From Hyaloraphidium curvatum SAG 235-1 (lineage: Eukaryota > Fungi > Monoblepharomycota): a stretch of 64,000 nucleotides of DNA. The DNA lies in NCBI GenBank assembly GCA_025558095.1, contig JAIVFI010000033.1, forward strand, positions 372,001 to 436,000, written 5' to 3'. The first letter of the stretch is position 1. Every line of letters begins with the position of its first letter. The position numbers were made by a program, and so were the translations under genes. Of this stretch, positions 12,182-21,845 are shown in pieces. The notes under the pieces were generated by a model. The model did no database searches and was not told the origin of the DNA. It saw only the letters and a program-made list of their open reading frames with translations.

Positions 12182-12538
12182 ACTCGCTCCCACACACAAA
12201 CTGCCGTGCCGACCAGCCGGTCTGAAGCCTCGGAAATTCCGTCCATAGGCGCGCCTGTCTGTTACGGGGATGGGGGAGCTGGAAACACAAAGTTGGTGGC
12301 CGGTCTGGAGGTACAAGAATTGGGCTCATCCGGGGGCAGGCACATCCTTGACGTAGAGCTCAAGGGAAGCAAGCTTCCCCCGCTGGTCCCTTTTGACAAC
12401 TCCATGGGCGCAATGTGTCGGATCAATGGAGGGAGAAGTAGATCGATTATATGCATGGAGCAGCACAATTTACACCGATGCAGACTAATACACATGGGTA
12501 TATGGATTTTTGAGACGTGCACCCGGCACGCGTGGCCT

Positions 12539-13790
12539 TGATTATGGTCAAGGGCGCTGCTGCTTGGAGTTCTTGGACGGGGTCTTCAAGCTCGACTTCT
12601 TGTTGGGGATGGGCGTCTTGTGGTTGGGGTTCGCATGGGAGGGAAGGAAGCCGGTGGGGCCTTGCTCTGCAAATCATGCACCAGGTGTGAGCAGAAGCAG
12701 CATGTCGGACGGCAGGCAGCAGATGCATACGGGGGAGGTCATGGCAAGGGCCGTGATGGAGTTGGCAAGCTTGGTACGAGGTGTGTCCTGTGCTGAGCGG
12801 GAGCCGGAGGTGATCTTGACCTTCTTGGGGAGGAGAGCAGCCTCCGGATGGTCTCCGTCGTCGTCGGAGGCGAGGTGCTTGCGCGGGCTGCCGGAGTATT
12901 TCGGTACTGCATGCAAAGGCTCGCTCTTGATCTTGACGATGACGTTGGCATCCGGTTCCGAGTCGGACTCCATCTTGGGTGCGAGTGCCTGACGAGCTTC
13001 CGCGCCTTATTGCTCTAACGTCGCTCGTCAGTCGGCTGGAGGTGCCTCCGTGGCAAGCAAACGGGGACACATACTTTGGACTTGAACGACACCACTTCGT
13101 TGGACGAGTCGCTGCTAGCTTCACCGAGGCTCACGTCGTCGCCAACGATGAAGTCCTTGAGCGAGTCGGCATCCGAGTCGCTGGAGAGCTCTACGGACGC
13201 ACGGGCCGTCTTGAGAACCTTGTAGGCCTTGGCCTTGTTGGGCAGCGAAGGACGGTGGAGGTTTCCGCGGTTCGCCGTCTTGTTTGTCGAGTTTATCGTT
13301 TCCGGGACATGGGAGAGCGACTTGGCCTGCTTGGGAATCCTGGAGAGCGGTTTGGCGGGTTGCACGCGCTGTGTAGCCCGGCAGGGGCTCGTCGTCACTT
13401 TCGTCCGTGTAGTCTGTCGTGCCCAGGGCCGGCATGGCTTCCTCGATGGCCTCGTCGTTGCGATATCCATCACGAGCATCGTGGGTCTCGGATGCTGGCG
13501 ATTCCGACCCGGACGTTGATTCCGCGTCGTCCCCGAGTAAGGTGTCCGGATGCGGGAGTACTGACTCGCAGCCCGAGTCGTCGTCGGCTTCGGAGCTTGC
13601 GACAGACTTCACGGCGGCGTCCTCGTCGGCTTCCGATCCAGACGATCCGTCGCGCAGGTCCCTTCCACGCAACGCGATCCTGTCGAGCTGGCATGCAGGG
13701 TGGTACCATGAGCGAATGCAACCAGTGGTCGACAACGCCCTACTCACGTACTGCGCCTTGCCGACCTCTGGAATCTCGTCAAGGAGCTCG
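12539..13790 (-). pseudogene. Acidic/Ser-rich low-complexity multi-exon gene fragment (element cargo)
   Basis: Consecutive minus-strand coding-like segments (SEADEDAAV..., SSDSDADSLKDFIVGDD, MESDSEPDANV) with GT..AG gaps and a frame change. Confidence 0.4.
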
Positions 13791-14055
13791 AGCACGCCAA
13801 GATGATCATGGGGGAGCAGGCTGCCGAGACCCAGATTGCGATGGACTCGCTTGCCAACGAAACCACCCTGCTCCGCGCCGAAGTCGAGAGGAGGGGCGAC
13901 TATGATGCCATCAAGGAGGAGAACGGGAAGATGGCGGGCGAAATGACGGACATGTGGCAAAAGATCGGAAAGCTGACGGCGGTGGCTGACCAGTTTGCCA
14001 TGGTGAAGCGTGCCATCGCCTCGGTCTCGGAGGTCATGGAAATGCTAGAGTTATG
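13730..14055 (+). pseudogene. Coiled-coil coding fragment, opposite in orientation to its neighbours (element cargo)
   Basis: LRLADLWNLVKELEHAKMIMGEQAAETQIAMDSLANETTLLRAEVERR..EENGKM..; heptad-like, with no clear start. Confidence 0.4.
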
Positions 14056-14149
14056 GACACGAGGGCAAGTATGTTTGTGTAGGACAGTGTCCCGTCGGGC
14101 TTCTTGGAGACCTTTCTGGTCGGAACCGCGGTGGCCTGCCAAGGAAAGG

Positions 14150-15004
14150 GTTGATAAGCACGAAGTTTGTCTACCCAGGTACGGCCAAGGCGTACGCATG
14201 CGGATCAAATCGCCGGGCTGCAGCACTATGCCGTATTCTTCGACCGGCACGTCGATCGGCTCGCCGTCTTCCGCGCTTGGCAACACCGTCGTAGCTGCCG
14301 TCGACTGCGTTGCTCTGTGTGGGGAGGGCAAAGCAGACGAGTCAACGGCGGTCCGAAAGCGAGGTGGTAGCATCACTTGCCGGCTGCGTGACGTCGGACA
14401 CCACCATGATGTTTTTGCTCGAGTCGACGGAAAAGTCGGTGTTGGACGCATCGTCGACGAAGATGCCCGTGGCGCGGCGGTTGTAGCTCGATTCCTTGTT
14501 GGGGTGCAGGGGATGCTGTGTCGGCGCCTTGCTGAACCACAGCTTGAGGAACAGGCCTCGGTCCGCATCCGTCAATTCCATGCCGAACATGCGTTCCCCG
14601 TAGTAGAGCGTCTCCATGTTCTCGACGTAGCTCAAGTGCTTTACAGTCACGGGGGTGTTGGCGAACGCGACTTCTTTGTTCCCCAGAGCCCCCATGCAAA
14701 GGGGCTCGTTCCACGAGACGATACCGTCCAGTTCCATCATGTAGGCCGTCCCTGCCCTCCTCTGGAGCTGATACATGGCCATGAATTTGTTCTGCACGGG
14801 CACGCCGCCTTTGCCGAGCACGGGGCCCCACTTGAAGCCGGGTTCTGCAAGGGTTGGGCGTTGTGGTCAAGGGTACGCAGCGGCGTCACCGCACGAACAA
14901 CGTACCGGACGCCCGCTCCACGTTCGTAGAGGAACGCTTGTTCTTAGAAGTGCCGGATACGGGGTGTGTTGCGGCGGTCGTAGACCTCCCGACCGGGGTT
15001 GATG
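14150..15004 (-). pseudogene. Multi-exon unknown globular-domain fragment (element cargo)
   Basis: Exon EPGFKWAPVLGKGGVPVQNKFMAMY...FLKLWFSKAP.. is flanked by GTACG..GCAG intron signals. Confidence 0.4.
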
Positions 15005-15429
15005 TCCTGGGTCGGGCGAGTGGCCAGGGTCAGCTGGGAGGTTCGGTTGCCGGCGAACTGCGGGGCGGCGCGGGGGGGCTCGGTAGGTTCCTTAACAGGT
15101 TCTGACAATCAACTTATGCGGCGGTGGCATGACCCTGGCGTGAGCTGCGGAGGTGCAGGCCGGAGGACGAATTGTAGCTTTGGTCGGTGTGATCAATAAG
15201 GCAGCGGTGGGACCTCTTCCGGCCGATCAAATCAACAGATCCGTTGCGTTGGGGCGCGCGCCAATCCGTGTCATCGGGCTATGGACACCATGGGCCAAGC
15301 CAGTAAAGCAGCAAGGATGCGAAAGCTGTCCTCTGGGCCGTGCTCCCAAAGGGCGAGCTTGCCGGCGGGGACCTGGATGTGTGGTTGCCCAATAGCTCCG
15401 CCGAAGCTTCTCTAATGCGCTTCACATAG

Positions 15430-15830
15430 GGCCTGGAGACCGCGGTCAAGGACCTGAAGCTCCCCGATGCGCCGGCGCTGGATGCCGTTGTCGAGGAGGT
15501 CGTTGGCGAGGTCGACGTGCCTCTCACGGCCTCCGAGATCAGCACCGCGGCTCCCCAGGTGCCCAAGATCGATGCGGCGCTTCCTGACGCGCCCAAGCTT
15601 GAAGCCGCACTGCCGGACGTGCCAAAGCTCGATGCCGCGCTTCCTGATGCGCCCAAGCTCGACGCTGCGCTTCCGACGTGCCGGCGGTCGAGGGCGTGCT
15701 CCCGAAGGGCGAGCTCACGCTCCCGGAAATCCCCGGCGTGGACCTCAAGGGAGTCGAGACCGCCCTCGGCGATCTCAAAGCCGCGATCCCCGAGGCCGAG
15801 CTGGGCAAGCTGGAAGAATCCGCTGTATAC
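15430..15830 (+). pseudogene. Frameshifted fragment of a periaxin/AHNAK-like repeat protein ([DE]AALPD[AV]PKL, 30-bp units)
   Basis: Four 10-aa repeats at 15560-15680; a 1-nt deletion at ~15675 joins ORFs 15517 and 15678; no start codon. Confidence 0.55.
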
Positions 15831-17669
15831 GGCCTGCAACGGAACAGACCAATCAAATTCGTAGACACAGCCAAAAACCAAGTGAACCCACCCGCACGGC
15901 ATGACGCGCTTCAGGACTGCAGTCCGGGTCGCGAATCATCCGAGCCTCCACTTGCCAATAATTCTCTTCCCCCGCCCAACATACGGCATTCGCCGCCGCA
16001 TTACCGACACTGCGCCAGTTCACGCGCGGTGGCGGGGGCGGGGGATCCTTGGGAGGCTGCGATATGTAGGGAGTGTCCATGTAGGCCTGTCTTCTATAGA
16101 GACGGCGTCAGCTCCCGAACTTCTTGGTCAGCAAGCCCGTACCCACGATCACGATGAACAACCACACGCGAATCGTCGCTCGTGCGGGTCCGAACCCCTC
16201 GAAACCGGGCGCGCGATCCCCTGCTGAACCCGGCCGGTCCCCTGGATCGAACGGGTGCGACACCCGAGATTATTGGCACGCTGCCTCAGGAATAGGGCGC
16301 GGACTTACGACGGTAATCGTTGTAAATGTCGCGGCCAAGGTCGGATGCGTGCCGCAACGACAGCGCGTCGAGTTACAGTGGCGGCGCCGGCACCCTGCGG
16401 CCCAACGCGGTCACCGCCGCCCTCTTCGCGAATCGAGTGCCGCAATTACTACGACGCCTTCAATTCAGGATTCCGGCCGTTCGGCGACTGACAAGCGAGA
16501 CGGGACGACGAAGGTGAGGAAATTGACAAGGGTTTATTAGTGTCGACGCCGGTCTCCGCGGGGGCCCCTCTGGACACTTTACTACCAATCATCTCCCAGA
16601 TCCCGCGCCACGGGAAGGTTTTCCCGATTAACATGAGCCTGATCGCGCGATTAGAAGGTCCTCCTCGGCTCCTCGGTGGTGCGCGGGGGGAATTGCGATG
16701 TCTTCGGGACTCGAGTACCTGCCCGTCTCCGGCGCGTCTTCCCGCCCGTCCACCCCCCCGCAGTACGGTTCTCGCCTTTGAAAGACGTCGTTCTACGACA
16801 AATGAAGCTGTTCATTCCTTGACGAGGTGCCTAGGGAGGCAGCAAGAGCCGCCGCAGACGTCCCGCACTCGACGCTCCCCAACCGTCCACTACACAACAC
16901 CATGCCATTGCAGAGCCCAAATCGACCCGCATGCACCACGATGCCACATCAGAAAAGCGTTTCGGATGGGCTCCGGCCGCCCTGACACGGGATTCGCGGA
17001 ACCGCAACGCTCGCTGCCCGATGCCCCATAGTCCTGCACCACCGTACGGGCCCGCGCCGCCAAAACCACCCCCGGATGGCGTCGGCGGGTAATAATAATC
17101 GACATTCAACGGGGCGGCAGGCGCCGTTCGGCGAAGCTCGACGAGAAACGGCGGTTTTGGACAAAGTGTCCTCATTCTGAGAGATTTTGGCCCCGGTATA
17201 AATTCCACTAACCTTTTGCCCATAACTTCGTTACACTCGTTATGTTGTCAAAAGGGACCAGGCTAGAAGACACATGTGGGTCTCGTCCCGCGTGCGTTGG
17301 ACACGTTCTATGCTGCATTCAATGCCGCGCGTGTCTGGGAGTCTGCTCTCCATAAGGCATCATGGGCGAGAGTTCTGGGATGAGGGGTTGAGGGGTCGAC
17401 GCAGGATGGAGCGTGGCACGGACGTCAAAACCGCCTGAACGGACTAGAAATGAAGTTTGTCACGTCCTCACGGCTACAGGAGGGCCCAAAATGAGGCATT
17501 TGGCGCGTGGGATTCCCTCCCCATGGGGCCGGTCCGACACAATCCGCAAATACCCCGTCCACGAGCCAAAGACGTGGTCTTCCAGCTGAAACGCTGCCTG
17601 ACATTGCCAAAAGCAGTGGCATAATGCCCACTTTGACACACGGCCCAAGATAGTTGGTGGGTGGGTTTG

Positions 17670-19414
17670 TTGCTTTTGACACGGTGGAGCGCCCGAGGTT
17701 GTGGAGGAAGCTGGAGGAGATGGGTGTACCCAAACAGGTTGTTGACATGTTCGAGATGGCGTTTGGGCGGGTGTGGGGAAGGCTCCGGGATGAGGACGGC
17801 ACCAAGTCGGACTTCATCAAGTTCCTAACTGGAGTGAAGCAGGGTGACCCCCTCTCATCGCTGTTCTTCATCTTGTTCATCAACGACATCACTGCTGTTA
17901 TGGAGGCCAATGGTGCAAAAGGGATGGATCTGGGCATGGTGCTTGAGGAGGAGGAGGATCAGGAGAGGATGGTCAGCTTGCTGGCTTTGTTCTTTGCAGA
18001 CGACACCACTTTGATCTCGAAGACGGTGAAGGATGCCAAGATGCAGCTGGATCTTTTGTCTGCATATGCCAGTGCCAATGGGCTGGGGATCAACGTCAGC
18101 AAAACAGAGTGGATGGCCAGGAGGATACCCCACCGTGTGAAGCTCCTGTACAGGGGCCAGGAGCTAAAGAGGGTCGACAGCTTCAAGCTTCTGCTTAGCA
18201 TTCTGGGGTACCAGCTCACGTCAACTGGGCGGAGCAAGGACCATGTGCATGGCAGGGAGGCCAAGATGAACGCTGCTTATGGGCTCTGGCTCCGCAACAT
18301 CAGGGAGCAGCCTGGGATGAGTCCTGACCTCCAGCTCAAGCTCTACAACACGAAGGTCAAGGCAGTGGGCCAATATGGGAACCCGTTCATTGTGGTGTTG
18401 GTTCCCTATGGTGACATGCTCTTAGACGTCAGACCACTTGGGCCAGAGACGTGGTACCTTCTCTTTAGTTCAGTGGTCTAACATGTGGAGATGCCGAAGG
18501 AGGAGTACCTGTACCTTGCTGGGGAAAGCACCAGGGACAAAGTGACATGCATGTCCCTGCGTGTTCTCACTCATCAGCCCAAATCTGCCTCCCTGGCTTG
18601 TCTGTATGCGATCACTGGCCAGTACCCTCTTGCAGTTCATGACCATGAGTCGGCTCTCAAGTTCCTCATGCGCATCAAAACAGCTGACCCTGCATTGTAC
18701 CTGCTCTACAAGGAGCTCAAGATCAAGGCACTGAAGGGGTGCTGGAACTGGGCTGCCTTCCTGAGGGAACTGCTTGTGTACTATGGTGGAGAGGAGGGGA
18801 GGGAGACGTGGGAGAAGGACACTTTTTCATGGGCCAAGGAGACTGTGGAGAATCTTGTGAAGGGCAAGTTCAGGGAGATCATTGCCCAGAAGCTCAAGGA
18901 CAACGACAAGCTGCACTTCTGGAGGGCGTGTGACCTTGTAACAGACCTTTGGTCACATTGCATCGTCACTGATCCGGGTGGAGAAGCACTGGAGGGACGT
19001 CCAGAAGCTGCTCTGCTCTACCCACGACCTGGAGGTGGAGACAGGCGGGCACCAATGCAAGGATTTGAGGTGCAGCAGAGGATGTGCAAACACGATGTTG
19101 AGTATATTGGAGATGAACAGCATTTTCTGTTCCACTGTTCAGCAAATGCAGAGCGGTGCCAGAAGCTGCAGACCAGACTGGAAGCACTGGGCCGCGAGTG
19201 GAACATGGAGACCTGGCTCTGGGCTCTCAGCATCAAGGAGTTCGAGCCCACGATCAAAGTGAGACGGCAAAAGGAGAAGGCCATTGCCAGCTTCATCTCA
19301 AAGTCCATGAAGGACAGAAAACGGGGAAAATGAAGATGCACGACGACAAACTTCAGATTAGCAGCAAACTGATGGTGTAACAGCGGCCAAGCCACGGGCA
19401 GCTATTCTATTCTA
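17670..19414 (+). mobile_element. LINE family A, copy 2: 5'-truncated RT + C-terminal Zn-knuckle
   Basis: AFDTVERPRLW, GVKQGDPLSSLFF, FADD, INVSKT; C..DEQHFLFHC; (CTATT)2 at the 3' end; interrupted by the 88-bp element. Confidence 0.92.
18396..18483. mobile_element. 88-bp TG..CA mini element, copy 3 (inverted), TSD TGTGG
   Basis: TGTGG at 18391-18395 and 18484-18488; the empty site CATTGTGGAGATG is present in LINE-A copy 1 (~9256-9268). Confidence 0.92.
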
Positions 19415-19548
19415 GCCCCGTCACAACACTTCTTTGCCATCTGTTCCGAATCTGGCAGCTTCTCGGAGTGCAGAAAGAGCGTGCTCCTGTTTGGAGAGTT
19501 TGTCTACAACCGTGAGAATGCATGTTCTGGAAGGTGCAAGGGTCCCTG

Positions 19549-19859
19549 TGTCAGGACTGGCCTCGGGAAATGGCCTAGTCATGCTGTTGTGAGGGGCGGC
19601 TGGTCCAACCTCTAGCTGGACTGGATGTGAGGATGCCGTGGCCCTGGTGTGGGGAATTCCGTCGCGTCCTGATTGGAGCTGGGACCGCTTCCCTATGAGC
19701 TGCTGGCTAAAGCAGCCCTGTCACAACAATGGGTTGGTTAGGAAGAGCATATGAGGGCGGCCCAAACACCATGTAGCCCCACTGCTCCTTACTGTGTACA
19801 CACCGCCTCGATGCTGTGCAGTCCCCACTAGGGCCCAGCTGGCCCCTGGTTTCCTGACA
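19549..19859. mobile_element. Probable solo LTR (Gypsy-type ends)
   Basis: TGTCAGGA...TCCTGACA terminal IR (10 bp perfect including flanks), 311 bp long; imperfect 4-bp flanks CCTG/CATG. Confidence 0.5.
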
Positions 19860-20090
19860 CATGTACAGGAAAAACCTCCCTCAGAAGCCAAGGAACGGCT
19901 GGCCACCAACCAGCCTCATTCTCATCATGGCAGAGATCTGCAGTAGGGTCCACTTGCACCATGCTGGTCTCCTGCCCATCACGCACTGGAAGCCGAACTC
20001 GAATCCAGATCCACAATGCCAACACGTTCAGGGAAGAGGCCGAAAGGAGCGGGAGGTAGGGACTTAGTGAAGCCGTCCCCAAGGTTGTCT

Positions 20091-21074
20091 TCAGACACAA
20101 CCCGTGCCTGAACAGCACGTGGACTTGGAGCTTGCCAAGGCCAATATTGAATCGTCCTTCACGTCGTCGTGCGATTGGGTCCGGAGCTGGTGGGCGCTGG
20201 AGGAGGCATGGAAGGAGCTGGAGGCCAAGCACAAGTTCGCGAGATCGGACGAGGCCATGCTCTCCCTCTGGAGAAGGAAATAGGTCCTTTTGAATACGTG
20301 TCGAGTGTCTACACCCGCGCAATTGCGCAACCAGTACCCGAAACCTTGCCCAACCAGTCGAAACAGTCCGTGAAACAGTCCGTCCAGAGACAATCCACAA
20401 AGCCACGCCGCAGATCCGCCATGCCCCGCACCCCGTCCGCCGATCCGTCCGCCGATCCGTCCGCCGTGATCACGCGCATTGGCGTGTTTTGCCGAACCGC
20501 CATCAGGCACACCCCGACCCGCCACCGGGCTGCGAGCTAAAGATTGCTGCGGATCCGCGCGCACCCGCCGCCTCGCGTCGTCGTCAAATCGGCCATGGTG
20601 CAGGTGCCGAACACGTACTTGACCGGGATCACGGAGACTTCGGACCTGCGATTGTAGGCAGGCACGAGCGTGAGCAGATCTCCTCCAGACGCCCGGCCCC
20701 CAGACCCACTTCTCGGGCGAGTGGTCGGCGTTGGCGCACCACCCCGGCCGGGCTGTGTCGCAAAACAGCGGGCGCGTGCGCGAGGGGCAGAAGCCAACAT
20801 TCCCGAGGCCGAGGAGGGCGAGGAGGGTGCAGATCTCGAGGGGAGAGGGGCGAACCGCCTGCTGCTGCTGCTGCTGCTGCTGCCGGGGAGCGTCGCCCTT
20901 GTCCGAACCGTCCTCGCCATGCTCCTCCTCTACTCCCCCCTCCGAGATGTACTCGAGCGAGGGAAGGTCGTCGTACTCCTCCTCCACCTCGCGCTCCTTG
21001 TCGGCCCCGGCCCCTTGAACGTCGAACCTGTCGCGGGGAGCGTCGGGCGTGAGAAGGTACCGCGGTCCCGGCAT
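20091..21074 (-). other. Degenerate unknown coding-like region (acidic + polyQ)
   Basis: EEEYDDLPSLEYISE, (CAG)8; no recognisable domain; probably TE-associated relic DNA. Confidence 0.25.
20433..20466 (+). repeat. 12-bp tandem repeat (CCGTCCGCCGAT)x~3
   Basis: Seen directly; GAAACAGTCCGT x2 lies nearby at ~20360-20383. Confidence 0.8.
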
Positions 21075-21845
21075 GCCGCCCGCCCTCCCACCCCTCAGCC
21101 GTGTTGCCGCCGCCGTCCCGCTTCATGTCCGCCATTTTGCCGTCCGCCGCCGTCGACAGTGGCTCCGCGGGAGGGGCGCCGAGGGGTGCAGCGCGTGAGG
21201 GAGGTCCGACGGGGAGCGGCGCCGGGTTGCCCCCACCGCGCCTCGTCCCGCCGCCGCGCCGCGCCGCCGCCGCACAGGAACGCGCGCGCCGTCACCGCGG
21301 TGGTGTCCTCCGGCCCAGGGAGCCGTTCCGGTGGACGTGGGAGCCGGTTTGGGCGAGGGGGTGTTGGGCGCGCGCTCCGCCCGGGGTCTGGCCCCCACCG
21401 GCCCGGAAGCCCCCCGGCAGGGGATCTCACTACCCATGCATTTCCCAACGGGTTTTATTGCATGAAAAGCGTGCGTATGCATCTCAACGTCCGAATCCCG
21501 CGCGCCGCCGGCGGGCGTCCACGGAAGAAAGAACTGGGCGCGAAAAGTTATTGTAGCCTGCTGCCCTCTTGGTCGGGGCTCCGCCCCTCCCCAGCCACCC
21601 GAAGCTCGCTGGCGGGTAGCGGCGGGGGACGTGCGTGCCTGCGGCGGTGGGGTACGTGCCCGCTGGCGCGGGGCTCGCTGGCGCTCGCGGGCCGCTCCGC
21701 GGCAAAGCTACATGGCAGGTAGCGGCGGGGGGTGGGGGGGGCGATACCAGCAGCCAAACGACCTGGAATCAGAGAGAGACCATTCGCCGCGCGACCTGGA
21801 ATCAGTGAACCAGACTCCGTTCCAATAACTGGCAGATGCCGATCT

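Larger units (their letters stand above)
12362..17268 (-). mobile_element. Putative non-autonomous Helitron2/Helentron (HINE/DINE-like) element with gene-fragment cargo
   Basis: Perfect 18-bp inverted repeat at 12383-12400 / 17244-17261; stem-loop at 12364-12379 just outside one IR; the other IR folds with 17212-17226; AA at both edges; no TSD. Confidence 0.6.

Noticed and set aside
14190-14260. JmjC/cupin-like VLQPGDLI motif
   Set aside because: A single short motif with no supporting metal-binding residues.
15560-15680. Regular ~30-bp repeats as a CRISPR array
   Set aside because: No spacers; the repeats are in-frame coding repeats varying mainly at synonymous sites.
17222-17243. loxP-like ATAACTTCGT..GTTAT
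   Set aside because: Only a 10-bp half match with wrong spacing; better explained as the terminal hairpin of the Helentron-like element.
12383-17261. Cut-and-paste TIR transposon (e.g. Harbinger)
   Set aside because: No direct TSD at any register (CTG vs CAG), and the asymmetric hairpins fit Helitron2 better.
20283-20293. GGTCCTTTTGA resembling the 18-bp IR
   Set aside because: Short and imperfect; no partner IR or hairpin found.
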